From the NCBI RefSeq assembly GCF_009834535.1, contig NC_045696.1, positions 32,614,001-32,678,000 on the forward strand: a DNA stretch of 64,000 bases. The letters run 5' to 3'. The notes beneath the pieces were generated by a model that saw nothing but the letters and a program-made list of their open reading frames with translations, ran no database searches and was not told where the DNA came from. Of the stretch, positions 1-13,802 are shown piece by piece. Numbering within the stretch: the first letter of the stretch is position 1; each line of letters opens with the position of its first letter. Source of the DNA: Camelus ferus (Eukaryota). The position numbers and the translations under genes are program-made.

Positions 1-1399
1 TCAAACATTTTCTATTAAAAACACATTTTAAATTTAGCATTGAAGATTAAAGCCTATTTTTATGGTTGTTTTGTTGTTTTTTAAAAAAAATAGTTTCTTA
101 AATATTCTGCTGTAATTCTTTCAAAAACATTTCTATGTAAAATCAGACAAATAGAAGACATTTCTTAGAAAACTATATGTTCTGTTTTAAAAACAGAGGT
201 TCCATTCAGTCTCCCAAATCAGGTCCTCTTTTCCACTGAAAAATTCTCCTCTAATATTATAGGATTTATACAAACTTTCCTTATTAATCTCTCCTCATTT
301 TTTTTTTTCCATTTAGCTTTCATGTGCTGACAGGTAGGAAGTCAGTATTGTCAGATGTACTGATGATTAGGTAGTGTTTTAAAACAAAACTAACAGCACA
401 AAAGAGTGTATTCCAAAAGGTCAATCAAAAGACACACCACTCATCCCCTGCAAACCTTTTACCATTGCATCAAATGGATTGTGTGCAGTATCACTTTGAG
501 AGTAGGCCCCGGGTTTTCTTTTAAAATAGATTTTCATAGTGGTATAATAGAGATGTTTTGTAATGAGAGTTAAATGAGGTTAAAAACAGGGCAAAGGCCA
601 TACAGTTTTTTGTAACACTCTAAATAGATCAAGACTTTAGAGTTGTTTTGTTTAAGAGCCCTTCTAGAAGGTAAATTTATATGCAGTTCAAGCACTTGAA
701 ACCATAATTTATTCGTCAGCATCGCTTTGTCTAGCTATTCTTCATGAAATAGCATCATGATACTTTGCAATGGAATGTGATTGTGCAACCCGATATTACT
801 TATGTGTGCTGATAAAAGAGGAAACGATGATTGTATTCTTATTCTTTTGCATACTATGAATTTAAATTTCAATTAAGTTAGATTAGATATTCTGTTCTAT
901 GCCATCTTTATTTAACACTAGTGGTGATTAGTTTCTAATTTCAATTGCTATTGATACCAACTTTATACCCTCCCATCTGTGAATATAAAGTCAAGGCATT
1001 CACACATTTCCATTATATTTATTTGTGTTTGAAATTTACATTTTAAAATATCTTAAAATTTAACTAAGTGTGAAATGTTTCAAATTAAGAGCCACAGTTT
1101 TCTAAACATTAAAACACAATGTCAGATATTAAAGTTCAGAGCTGGTAAATTTTTTAAGCTAATTTCAAGTTGTGTCTTATTTTCTTAAATGAATAAATGA
1201 ATGAATGAATACACAAATAAATGATTTTCAAGTACCTTAAATCCTGCACTAATATTTAAAACAACTAATTTGCAAGATACTTACATTAAAGTTAGATTGA
1301 TTTGAGCAAGTAAGTTTGAATCATTAGCTTAATGCATAGTGTTTGAAACCTAATTCTTTTAAAATATAAAACTTCTCTGTAAACCTTCATCCTTATTTT

Positions 1400-1660
1400 T
1401 TTCCCCCTGTATATTCTTTGCAACCTACTGAATACCAGGCATCCACTGACTGTAGGATTCTTCCCTTATTCTCTGCCTTACCCCGCATCTGTTTGATTCC
1501 ACTGTCACTGCCCTAGTTTAGAGCCTGACAGTAAACTCCTAGATGGCATGTCTGACTAGCAAATTCACCTTCCACAAAGCTGCTAGACCAACTTGTCTAA
1601 AATGTAAATTCAATCAGTGTACTCTATGGCTCCCCATTGCTTAATGATAGAGTCATGTTT
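1400..1660 (+). mobile_element. Degenerate L2 LINE fragment
   Basis: ccactgtcactgccctagttt...ttccacaaagctgctaga...tctaaaatgtaaattcaatcagtg...atggctccccattgc follows the recalled L2 3' region; boundaries approximate. Confidence 0.45.
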
Positions 1661-1944
1661 TTGAAAATAGAGTGAGATAGCTATTGATTTATTCCATGTA
1701 ACTATACTTACTTTGAGTTTGAGAACATAATGGCAAAATTAAGTCTCAGAGTTACTGAAGCAGTGCCATAAGCCAAAGGATGCAGAAAGTGAAAATGGAA
1801 ATGGCTGTTGATATTAATTACATTTTGACTACCTCCAAGAAACCAGCAGAGACTAAATCTCATCATAATTGACAGCATAAGACTAGAAATCTGCGTATTA
1901 GAAAAATTGTTCAAAAATCCACAGTTGTCACCCTTTTTGGGTAA

Positions 1945-2150
1945 GGCAGCAGACTGATTGCTGGTAGTCAGGAGATTGGGTGCTAAAATGACTCTCCTTC
2001 ATTTCTCTCTAACTAGGTGACAAGTCCCTTCCCTGTTTGCTGCCTTAGTCTCTACATCTGTCAAATGGGGGTAGTAATGCCTCACCTTTGTCCTAAAGGA
2101 GAAAATGAGAAAGAGATGTCATATCACTACAAATCTAGTAAAAACTAGAA
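1945..2150 (+). mobile_element. MIR SINE
   Basis: Core-like gtgacaagtcccttccctg...gccttagtctctacatctgtcaaatgggggtagtaatgcc. Confidence 0.55.
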
Positions 2151-2216
2151 TTTGTAATTCTTTATTGCTGGCAAAGTGTTTTCAAATATTTTAGGCCATT
2201 TGATTGTCACAATAAG

Positions 2217-2350
2217 GCAGTGGTTAAAACTCTATCAGATGCTAGACACCTTTTATGTAACAAATATTTTGTAATGCTTTCTTTGCAAAATGAAATTAAC
2301 AGATAATATAATTACAATACATATGAGATTTTTATAAGATAAATATAATA
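2217..2350. mobile_element. Possible hAT-Charlie DNA transposon end fragment
   Basis: Starts cagtggtt (hAT-type terminus) followed by ...ccttttatgtaacaaatattttgtaatg...aaatgaaattaacagataatataa; family not resolved. Confidence 0.3.
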
Positions 2351-3447
2351 AAAGGAGTATGACTCAAAAAAATTTTAGTGACTGAAATTATTAAAGTAAT
2401 AATATAAAATAAGAGCCAGTTTCCTAATAAAACACACTTAAAATAATTGATGGCCTTCTGCAAATAAAAAAGGGGCTCAGTATATTTTTCTGGTTTACAT
2501 AAATACATTTATATGTTTGTGTGCATGTTTTTATGTGTACACATGCATTGTGTAGTATGTGAATGTTTATATATACATACGGGAGGAAGTCATCAGTCTG
2601 ATTTCTTGGTATACAAATACCTCAAATAGGTAAATATTTCTACTCAGCTAAGTCATTGTCAATGGCTTTGACATCAAAATTTTCAGGACAACAAAGAATC
2701 AGTTCCATCAGTTTTTCAGTTTATAGCAGTTATTTGGAATTAAGATCATTCATATTATTTAAAACTGGGAAGATTTGAAATTTAGACAATTTATTGACCC
2801 ATTTAATAATTTTAATTGTTTACTACAATGCCATCAACTTAGAATTTAGACACATTTTTCCATATTATATGTAGGAGAACATTATCTCCAGTAGGAAGTA
2901 TCAAATTGCCATGTGTCACTTACATTTTACTATTTCCTTTGTTCCATTTAAGAAAAGGAAAAAGAAAAAGGAACTTTTCTAATGCGTCTTAGTTTGTGGA
3001 AAACTGTGGGTGGTAATTTAAAAGGTGGTTAGAAAATTATCCCCTAAAGACATTTTAGGTTAAACAACTTTCAGAGTAAGATTGGAACTAACCCTAAGGT
3101 ATTGGAATGCAGGGGTGACGTGGGTGGTAAAGGTGGCTTGTGGCTAGAAACTAATTAGCATTGAATAAATTACTAATCAAATTTCCTTTTTCAAATATAG
3201 GTATGATTTATTCCAGGGAGGGTCTTGGTATAATTGACCTAAATATTGACCTATTTTTGCTGTCTTTTTTGGTGTCAAATAGAAGACTTTTGATAAATGG
3301 AAATTGTCAAAGGACTTTTTAAATGTTATTTCATTAACAAATTTACGTTTTTGGTAAACTATAATGCATAGCAAATCCAATTACAAAAATCTTGCAAAGT
3401 GCTGTGTAAATTTTTGTTTATGATAGCCTTGAGTTAGTATCAAATTT

Positions 3448-3552
3448 TGTTTGTGAGAATTGAGTGAGTTAGTACATGTAAAGTAGTTTAGAACAAGATT
3501 TGGCAAATACTAAATGCTCTGAATATGTTAGCTATCATTATTACTATTATAT
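3448..3552 (+). mobile_element. MIR SINE 3' half
   Basis: ttgtgagaattgagtgagttagtacatgtaaagtagtttagaacaagatttggcaaatactaaatgctc...gttagctatcatta matches the MIR 3' end. Confidence 0.7.
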
Positions 3553-4714
3553 GTAGATTCATTCCAATATATGAAGGTATAGATTTCTATATGCATGCAG
3601 TTTCAAAGAGTAGTACATTAACATATCCAGCATTGCTTTAGGGTTTTTTGTTTGTTTTCACTTGTTGAGACTATTGAACATAAATTATCATTTTTTGGAG
3701 TATTTCCATAGATTACTTTTTTAATGATTTCTTTTCCCATAGTTTTTAGGAACATGTCTATTTTTCTGGAATGATTTCAATCACGTGAGTTTACATTGTA
3801 TATAAATCTGTTTCAGCAGTAATTAACATCTACATTTGAATATTCTTTTAAAATATTTTCACATTCTCTTATTCATTAGATCAATCAACAAACAACAGAG
3901 ATATGACATACTGAACAGTAGGTCCGTGAACAAATAGCTATAACATCCCTTTTAGGAAAGAAGCTAATATTAAAGGATGAAACTTATATGAGTAAAAATA
4001 ATTATCTGTTATCATAATTACTAAGCAGAGATGTCTAAGAATTAGAACAAATCCTGAAGAAGTCAGTAAAGATCTTGTGAGTAAGTAGGAATTTATGAAG
4101 CAAGAGAATGAAGGGATATGTGAGGAAGAAAGTATGTTTCAAGAAATCTAGTCATTGCAACAGCATTTAATAGTTGCAACAAAATTACAAACAATCCATT
4201 GTTAAATTACTTTTAATTTAAGAAGATTTTAGAATTGAACCCTGCAACACTTGAGAGCTTACCCAATAATCCCTGGAGCAGAATAAACCTGCTTACATGT
4301 GGAAAGCTGGGCTATCGTGTCTTTATTTCCCAGAGATCTGATAATTACCTGGACAATTTCGAGACAAAAGTAGAGCCAAATAAAGACACCATTAGACACT
4401 GCAAATGCTTAGTGAGCTCCATGAATATTTAGGCTTCAAAGAAAGGTGAACTGAAGGTTTTAAGGTATGAAGTCTGGTTAAGATGTATTTTAAACCATGG
4501 TGTTTAATTTGCAGTTGTTATTTCAGAGTTACTCAGTAATATTTTGAAGAAAAAATAAACAAGCAAATAAAGTATGAAAAGTAACGAGTCAGAAATCATA
4601 GTTAGATAAACAAGCGAATCTACAAGTTGTTCAAGTAGATGATAAATTATTAATTTTAATATGCTTGGTAAACAATTTTTAAGACTTTTTATTGCAAAGG
4701 TAGTATAAAAGCAC

Positions 4715-4878
4715 TGTCTTAGTCCGTTTGGGCTGCCATAACAAAATACCACATACATGATGGCTTAAACAGCAGAAACTTATTTTCTCACAGTTCTGGA
4801 GGCTAGAAGTCCAAAATCAGGGTTGCTAGCATGGTCAGATTCTGGAGAGCTCTCTTCCTGGCTTGCAGGTGGCACTCC
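4715..4878 (-). mobile_element. MLT1 (ERVL-MaLR) LTR, 3' part only
   Basis: tgtcttagtccgtttgggctgccataacaaaatacca...ggcttaaacagcagaaacttattttctcacagttctggaggctagaagtcc is the reverse complement of the MLT1A/B-type LTR 3' end; truncated at about 4878. Confidence 0.85.
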
Positions 4879-5669
4879 TTTTTTTTACATAAAAAATAAG
4901 AAAAATCCAGGTGTCTGGAAAGCAGTCTATAGAATATTGATAATATTCTCTTGGGAATATTCTGTATATTTCAGTCTGTAGGAAATTAATCCCTCCACCT
5001 TAATCATTTCTACCTGGGCTCATTTTTATACGAAGATATAAAGTTCAAATTTAAATACAAACAGTATGCAAATAATATTATGCCATCCATTTATCTATAG
5101 TAATGCAAAGAAATTCCAATACTTAACTACTTAGTTTTTTGTGTTTATAAATATATGTTACAGTATTTGTCACCAAACAGGAATTGGGTTGCCTGCACCA
5201 AATGGTGCTATATGTGTGAAAAAGTACCCCCTTTTTGTCCCCGATATTCACATAGCCAAAGTTTGTTTCAAAAAAAAAAAAAAAGCCAAACAAGAGAAAC
5301 AGGGTAGTGTTGGAACATGGATTGTTCTTGCATTCTTGCTTAGGGAAGCACAGTATTTTTAAATTTTTATAAGTTCTGAAAGTGACTGGCTCTGCTTGTA
5401 GCATCTGAAAGTTACAGTGTAGCAGTTCCCATATAATTACCCTGGAACCTGTGGTCTTATACTGTTATTCCTGAAATTCAAAGCTTGTGGTTATAAGCTG
5501 ACTTTTTGGGGGAACTCTAAAGATTTTATCAATTAAACTTAATCTTTACTAGAGAATGAACTAGAATAAAGCTTTGTCAAATCAAATTTAGTGGTTAGGA
5601 AATTTATCAAAATATGTTGTGTAGAATATCTATTCAGAATGCAATTGTCTTTAAAGATGGTACCAGAAC

Positions 5670-5895
5670 CACAATAATAAAAGATTTGGAGTTTGGAGAC
5701 ATGACTTTGAACCCCAACTCTTCTGATTACTATGTTGAATACATTGCTTAACACAGCTGAGCCATATGACCTTATAATATGAGGAGAAAACACATACCTT
5801 GTTTATCCCCCAGGGCTTTGGAAAGATCAAATGAGATAATACATGTGTGAAAGCTCTTAGTAAAACTTTAGTCATATAAGCATACATGTTACCAT
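5670..5895 (+). mobile_element. MIR SINE
   Basis: tttggagtttggagacatgactttgaacccc...ccccagggctttggaaagatcaaatgagataatacatgtgtgaaagctctt. Confidence 0.6.
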
Positions 5896-6924
5896 TGATT
5901 TAATGGATGTGATACTGCTTAATGGATCCCATCTAAAATAAAGTTAAACCTAGCTATGCTGCTGCTTGGGATTTTGCTCTACAATCTAATATGTACTTTT
6001 GTTTACTGAGGAGCCACCACTAATTAAAATGTGGTTGATATTCATGCTGTTCACATTTGTCCATTTTTTACCCCATCATCTATGGATAGTACTTCAGCAA
6101 CACTGACAATGTACGGCAGCCATCAGCTGCAGTGTGGCTTGCCTCACACCCTCCTCTCACATGCTGGGCTTTCACAGTGGAGCCTGCTGAGACAAAACCG
6201 TTTCACAGTCTTCTTCTTCTTACTTTCCATTTATCCAGGATCAACTGAATTCTAAGCAATTCATAGCAAAAGCCTAGTTAAAAAACCAAACAGACAACCC
6301 CCCCCCAAAAAAAAACAATGAAGCACACAGAATTTCTATGAAAATCAAATGTATCTGTCTCTCCTAATGAAAATGTGAATGAAGCAAGGTAAGAGAAAAG
6401 GATAAATTACAAAAAAGCATTTCATAATTAAACTGCTATTTCCCATTTAGATTTCATTAGACAAGATGTGAAAAATAAGGACAGTTACAGATATCTCAGT
6501 TTTTACAGTAACTGAGAATAAAATTCATTTTTGGAAGTACAAATATCAATTTAAAGAAGACAAACATCATTATTTTAAACCATGTATATTAGTAAAGCTC
6601 AAAGAAGTATATATACCTCCTAATTTGGCCACACAACTTTAATAAATAACATCTTAAAAGTCCAAATCTATGATCATTTTGAAAATCCAACGTTAAGCAT
6701 TATTCTCAAATGACTTATTGTTTCATTACAAAATAGAAGATGCATTCAAAGCACTTTAGCAATTGAGAATCTTTAAATAGTCTCCACATTCTGTTGTGTA
6801 GGCCTAATGGCTTTGCAGTAGGTCAGGAATTAACTTTTAGCCTATATGCAATCCTGAGAATGGCCGTATGGAAGTTAGGAAGTTTGCCACATGGAGCTTC
6901 CAGTATATGGAAGGCAAAATGAAG

Positions 6925-7150
6925 AATGGAGAGCACATGGGATTTATCAAGATAAAGTGATTTTGGTACCCTACAGTTGAAGATTCTAACCTTATATCTA
7001 CCAATCTTACTGAAGTTTAGTTTTCTAATCTGTAAAATGGGCATACTACCACCTACCTCATTGGGAATCTATAAGGACTAAAAAAAACTTGGATACAAAA
7101 TGGATGAGATAGTGCCTGGCAGAAATGTGTTGTCAATAGAAGCTACTAGG
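6925..7150 (+). mobile_element. MIR SINE
   Basis: tttagttttctaatctgtaaaatgggcatactaccacctacctcattggg...atagtgcctggca. Confidence 0.7.
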
Positions 7151-8309
7151 TGGTATTCTCTGGGAAAAGATAGGAAGTTAGACATAAACCAAGGCCAGGA
7201 TGTCAGAAATATGGCTGCCCATGAAAGACATTATTAATGCATCAGGAAAAACTGAGCCCACATAAGTTTTATGAAAAACTTACTTGCTCCGGTAAAACTA
7301 AGGTGTATTCCTGTGTAATACATTCTTCCATGAATTAAGGTGAGGGGTCTCCTCATCCATATACCAAATGAAATGTCTTCGGTAAAGAATTCAAAGAGTA
7401 TTAGGAAAACTGCCTCGAAATAACCTGCCACTGAACATACGCTAAAGTAAGATGACAATATTGGAATTCCTGATTAGTCACATTAAATGGTCAACTTCTC
7501 TGATCTTTGAGTGTGCACATCTCTTGGACCCTTTGCTTTAACCTGTTTACCAAATGGCTGTTCCAATCCCATGAGCTTCTTGGCCATTCATGAAGTGCCT
7601 CTTCTGAGAGATACATGAAATGACAGTCAGAAATAGCATGCCCATAAATTTGTATGAATTGATCTCAATTCAGTGGCAGGATCTTAAAGGAGGGTAATTT
7701 GTAAAATCCACAGCTGACTAATTTCAGAAATAAAATGTGTCATAGTAAACAGTGCACCCCTCACCTATTATTAATGTAATTGCCACACAGTATTACTAAA
7801 AAACACAAATTCAGGTAACAGAAAGATACAGATAGTTGTTAAAAACCTGACCACCACTGATGGTACATAGAAAAAATTCATTCTAAGACTCTGATGCTTT
7901 AATTTCAGTAGAGCTGGAAGGTGACCCGTGTATGGTTAAGGATGCAGAGATGATGTCTAGAAAGCATGCCTGCTAGTTGATTGGAGGGAGAATGCTCACC
8001 CCACACTGACAGTTAAGTTTATGATACCAGTGTTGCAAGAGGAGGATGGCAAGCAAGCAGCACTAAGAGCCAGCAAATCTGCATTAACATTTTATACATT
8101 GAATTTAATAATGTATTCTTCATGCTAAATAACTTGCTGAAACTTATTTCATCTGATTTGAGATGTGATTTGAGAACTGCCAATATGTTAGGCAATCTGC
8201 TGCAAAATTGTCTGTTTTCATCTAAGTATCTCTGCATCATCTTTAGCTCTGCTATGTACTGAGATTTTTTTTATGCAGCCCTACTCAGCAAATCAGAGCT
8301 TAAACTTAT

Positions 8310-8324
8310 GTTTCCAATAGCAAC
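8310..8324. promoter_or_regulatory. RFX X-box motif match
   Basis: GTTTCC-AAT-AGCAAC fits the X-box GTYNCC-N0-3-RGYAAC; motif match only, no functional evidence. Confidence 0.3.
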
Positions 8325-9599
8325 AGTATGCTAGAGGGAATATTTTAGCTATATTTTGAGGCCATAAGCAAAGGTAAATGTCAGCACTAGGGCAGACATG
8401 AGGACGTGTGCAAATAGTGCACCTGCGCAGAGAACCAATTACATTAGACTGTAAACGCAGGACACCAAGTGGGAGGTAACTGCCCTCATGGTGGGATTTC
8501 CAGAGTCCTGAGAATGTCCATTCCGCTTACTGCTGGCCGATGCATTAAATATCTAACCGGTAAAAGTTCATTGTTTTAAGTCTTATGTTTCCAAAAATGC
8601 TACCCCTATTCAAAAATAAACACCACAGGGAGGGTTAAAAGGCTGTAAGTTATATTAGACACATACAGTATGAATGGGCTCATTAGAGCCAGTCCTGAGT
8701 AAAAATTTTGATTAGGAAGGTGGGGAGGGAATAATCTAAATAAAAGAAATGATGTTTGTGTGTTGTGCGTGTGTGTGTGTGTTTGTAGGGGGTATGTAAT
8801 GAACATTTCATTTTAATTACTCCACTGTTTTGTTTGACTCACTGCCCAGAAGTGAGAGTTGCAGCCTCATTTGGGAACTCCCATATATTCCTAGTTCTCG
8901 TGCCATAATATTTGAGTTCCTGACTCTAAAATCTGAATTATTTAGACAAAGTGGTTTTGAGTTGAATCATCTCACTCTGGAAAGTAGTTGTGATTCACTT
9001 GAAAGCACAACAAAGTAATAGCCAGTTCCCCTGCTGCCTAGCTGCAGGACTATTTACTCTAACCAGTCCACAGTACACAATCATGCTTCTGGCCCATGAC
9101 TTCCAAATCTCACAATTGTCCCTCCTTTTGTATCAGAACTATGAGCTTTACCAGTGTGTTATGCTGTTTTACCACTTGTCTTCATTCTTGGCTCCACTTG
9201 GTATATGAATATGACAATAACATCTGAATATACACATTGAAAATATAAAGACAAAAAGAATAGTTTTACATTGACTTATATTTGCAATTTTCTCTTTGCT
9301 TCTATTAAGAAAAAATTATTGAATTATTTTGAAGTGCATTGCTGCTATTTAAAAATAAAACTGAGAATGATTGTAATCATCAGGAAAGTCCTGACCAAAT
9401 TACAAAAAACTTGGTGGAGTTAGGGTTGAGAATTTATAAAATGACAGTGAATAGAAAGAAGGAGTAAGAACATAAAACTGAAAATATGTTAATGGAAGAA
9501 GTGAAAAAAATGTAAAATCAAAGTAAACTTACCAGGTTTAAGGGAAAAAAGCCTCGGCCCAAGTAGGAAATTAGGAAATATGAGTATTACTACAAGGCT

Positions 9600-9850
9600 A
9601 AGGATAAGAAAAAAGAAACATGGCACCAAGTTGATCTTAGGAGACAGTTTCATGAAAGATAGATTTAAGAACCGACTCAAAGTGTATATTTTGTTTAGAT
9701 GATAATAAATTTGACATGAAGCTATTAGCTTGGTGGTCATTGAAAGTTCACATAAAAATGAGCCTTTCTGTAAAGTTCACTGGAATCCAGATTAAAATGC
9801 TTTTAGAATAGGTAGAGCCAACCAGAGAACTGGAAAATTATCTAGGGAAG
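9600..9850 (-). mobile_element. Degenerate L2 fragment
   Basis: Purine-rich; tattagcttggtggtcattgaaag...atgagcctttctgtaaagttcactggaatccagatt resembles the antisense L2 body. Confidence 0.35.
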
Positions 9851-12569
9851 TTTATTTTACTAGCTACATCTACTCCAAAGTAGCCTTTGACATATCCCCA
9901 GAGTCCCAGCTTAGGTACAGAAAGTAGTTTGTCATAAATATCAAGGAGTGAACTCTCGAGGCCACAAGTGTAGAAGCTGTAAGAAGGCAGATGTTTCGTT
10001 GTGCTTGACCACAGTGAACTCATTACCTAAATAATTCAGATTTTCAGACTGAAAGCAAGAAAATCACTAGGACAGGTAAATGGACTAGAAAAATAAACAC
10101 ATGGTATGTTATAGTGAATTGAAAGGATATTTGAAAGAAAAGGCTTACAAAGAAAGCATAATTTTATTTACCAGGTACTGTGACAGTAAAACAGCTAATT
10201 ATGTGAATTCCATTTTAAGTAAGAATGAATGTTTTCAGAACTGTTATAGACTTAAAAGGAACTTGGAGGGACAAGAATTAAAGGAAAAGCATTGAGGAAA
10301 AAATGGGTGAAAAGGGTCTGGAACATAGGTGATAAGGAATTATTTGCTAAGCACAAAAGGACTAAACTATGAAATAGAAATTGGCCTGTTGACAAAGACA
10401 GTGTCCTAAAGGGAAGCTAAAGCAATTTGTCTTCAACAAAAATAAATTTAATGTTAATTAAAATATCTTCATACTAGAAGCAAAAGAGAACTAGGAAGAA
10501 CTTTTAGGTTACATTATACACAATTTAAAAAAAAATGAACATCAAATAAAAATATTGGGGAATTCGAATTTTCTCTTGCTTATAAGGTTGTTTCTGGTGA
10601 GTTGGTTGGTAATTTAGAGCTGTTAAACTGGGATGATTCTAGTTTGCAGTGCCTTCTGTGAGGAAAACAAGAGTCTGCTACAAAGCAGTACCGTTGTTTT
10701 CACCTAGTAATACTTCAGTGTGTAAGTCACTGTCCTGAAAATCATAAACATGGTGTGCAACACTTGTTCCTGCGTTCCTAGTTGAGAGATTGTGAGTCTG
10801 TTACTCAACTGAGCATTCAGATATTTTGTTTTTTCTTTAATTCCAACGAAACTGAACCTTTCCTGATGCTCAAATTCTGTACACTCTACAAATCTGTGAA
10901 AATTACAAAGAATTGAAGATGATCCATTTTCTTAGTGTATGTACTTTTGGAAGTCTGGACAAGTAGGAGTATATTTAAAATGCAAATATTGTACTGAGAT
11001 GCTAAAAGAATTTACATTCTGAGGCTGTAGTTTAAATATAATTGCATTACATTAAAACACAGTTGGGTTTATCGTGTGATATAAATTTGGTTTATTTCTT
11101 ACAGATTTTTGGTGACGAGGATTTTGTTTTGATCTTGTAGCATATACAGAAATTTCACAACCATCTCTTATAATTTGTGAAGCTTTAGCAGCAACATTTG
11201 TAAACACAAGGGGATGTTTTCACTTTTTAGTAGGGGAAGAGCAGATGGTTGGGATTAAGGGAATCACTCCTTCGTGTTTAATAATGCAGCAGGGAAGGCA
11301 GTGGCAAGCTAACTTTTCACCAAGAGAGAATAATTTTTCAGAGCATCAGCTGGATCTTTCCTAGCTAGAATAGAGCCCCTTCAGATGTGTACCATCTGCA
11401 TGGGAGTGAGTCACAGCAAAAGATCTAATAATACTTGTAAAATACACTTTGTTCCCAATGAGTTCTATACAGAGAAATAATCTCTGGATTTGATGGAAAG
11501 GAGTGGTAAGGAGAAACTTGCATGTAAGTAGAGGACTGGTGGGTAGAAATTCAATAAGACAATAGAAAAGACATAGACCATGCAGTCAAATATACAAGAA
11601 ACCAAGTGAAAAATCATTTAGGTAATGTTTTGGATTTATTGCAGTATATAAAAAACTCATTAAAAAAAGTATGATTTTTAAGAGAGATTATTTAAGTATA
11701 ATTTAAAATACAAATTTAGTCATCACAAAAACTTTTAGAAAAGAGTAAATTTATAATATAATTAAAAAATACAAATTAATTTTACATTGAGTATAACAGG
11801 ATAGAAAACAAAATATTAGTAAAATATATTATTATGTAATGCAAACAGCAACACAAAAGAAAAATTAAAGAAGGATTCTAATGACCACAAATGGTCATTG
11901 TGATTGACCTTATTACAAAGACTTTGATATATTGAAGATCAAGGGATTCTCTCAACACCTACAGTTTCACCTCCTCCACTAAGAAAAATGCAACACAGCC
12001 ACACCATTTAACAGTTGTCTCCGTTCAGTTTTTGAAGTACCAGATTCTAAAGGAGATGCTTTCAAACCGTCAGTGATATGAATAGAAGGAAAAAACTGTA
12101 ACCACAAAATCAGTGAGCGAACAGAAATTTGGCCTGAAGGAATCACAAGGTGGAGGATGAAATTTAACTCTTTTTCATAGTTTTGGGTCAGCAGTACTTT
12201 TATATCTAGGCCTTCATAAAAAAGAGAAAAAGCATGTGTTGTGGTGAGTATGATAGTCTCACAGCCACAGATTTAGGCATGACTATAACTAGAGAAATTG
12301 CCTTAATAAGAATTTTATGAGTCCTACATTTAAAAGGGACTTCATAGAGCCTGTACTCCATCTGCCTCCAAGTGCTTTGCCAGTGGTTGGTGTCATATAT
12401 AGTGCCTTGGTTTGAAAGAGTATTTTTTCCTATTATTTGAACATAGTGTCTATATTTTTCAGGGTTTTTCCTCCATATACAGTCTAAGCTTAGCTTTTTA
12501 AAAAGATTATATTCATTTGAAAGTGTAGGCAACAGAATAAAAAGAAAAATAAAATCACTATCCTTTTTT

Positions 12570-12660
12570 CCCCTTGAATAATGATCCAGACAATTGAAAT
12601 TCTACAACCTTAGTTTCTTCATCTATAAAATGAACAGTGTGGATCAGATGATTATTAATA
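12570..12660 (+). mobile_element. MIR core fragment
   Basis: ccttagtttcttcatctataaaatgaacagtgtggatcagatgat. Confidence 0.45.
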
Positions 12661-13741
12661 TAGCAACCATTAAAAAATTTACGTAGCTGTATTCTTGCCC
12701 TTTGTGAAGGATTCCTATAGTCTTAGAATATTTGTTAGGTATGAACAAAGGGGTTGTTTCAAATGACCTGCGGATAAAAATGTATGAGAGACAGAGTAAA
12801 CAGATGATGTGCACATATAAGACATGGGTGCTGCTGTGATTAATAAAATAAAAATTAATAATTTCTAAAAGATCTGATAGGAAAATAAACAAATTTGGAT
12901 GTCAGATTTCTGATGTTGAAATAAGGATTTTTATACTCCAAAAGGCAATGAATCTTTATGGAGTGCTAAGCAGGAAGGAGTCAAATGAAAGAATTTACAT
13001 TATCTGTTAACTTGGTCAAGGACTCTTTCCAAACACTTGAAACAATTCTCATCGTCACTCCTTTCTGAGTACGAACAGAGGGAGACACAATAGAGATTTA
13101 TTTCTGTTAATCATTAGACAGATTAATATAGGTTAATTGAAGATTAACATTGGAGTTGTATCAGCCAAGTGAAATGGAGGGGGAAAAAGGTAAAGCAGAT
13201 TATAGTTAAATATCCTGAGGATGTATGTTATATCCTGACCACAGCTGGTTACATATTTACTCATGTAAATGCTCAAAAACAGTAATTATAATATCAGACA
13301 TCTCAGCCCTATTCTCTAAAAGTATACAGTCTTCAAAATATTTTCTTTATTAACCTGAAAACAGTTGAAAGGTAATTGCAACTATTCAATGTAAAAAAAT
13401 GCACGGATCCTTAAAGATCTTTTAAAGATCCTCCCTTTGTCTGGCTCAGGCTAAAGGTTTATAATGTTAGCATGCAAGTTTTTGTCTTGAACAAATTGGA
13501 AATAATAAAATATAAAAATCCCAGAGATGAATTAACCAAAATCATTTAATTTATTTAAATGAAAATATAGACATAGAGTTCACTGATAATTCAGTAGACA
13601 TTTTAAATATAATTATATTTTTCATGCTTTGGAGGGAAGACAGTAGGAAGTTTTTTTGTTGCTCAAAAGTGGCTGACAGGGATGTGAATGATTAAAATTA
13701 GAAATGTTTTCAAAAGTCAGGAAGAAAGCACGAGGACCAAT

Positions 13742-13768
13742 TGTGTGTGTGTGTGTGTGTTTGAAGTA

Positions 13769-13799
<31 letters not shown>

Positions 13800-13802
13800 T
13801 AT
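13742..13802. repeat. Compound microsatellite (TG)n / A-run / (TA)n
   Basis: Directly visible. Confidence 0.95.

Noticed and set aside
1712..1890. Minus-strand exon-like unit (ttttctaatacgcAG ... GTAAGT) with an open frame
   Set aside because: 179 nt (frame-shifting), peptide unrecognisable, and on the strand opposite the inferred host; consistent with a chance pseudo-exon
4317..4389. Perfect 12-bp inverted repeat gtgtctttattt / aaataaagacac
   Set aside because: The 49-nt spacer does not extend the stem into a pre-miRNA-like hairpin; AT-rich 12-bp inverted repeats are plausible by chance in 64 kb
6298..6315. C-run followed by A-run, also seen near 37826 and 53810
   Set aside because: Common slippage-derived motif with no shared flanking sequence
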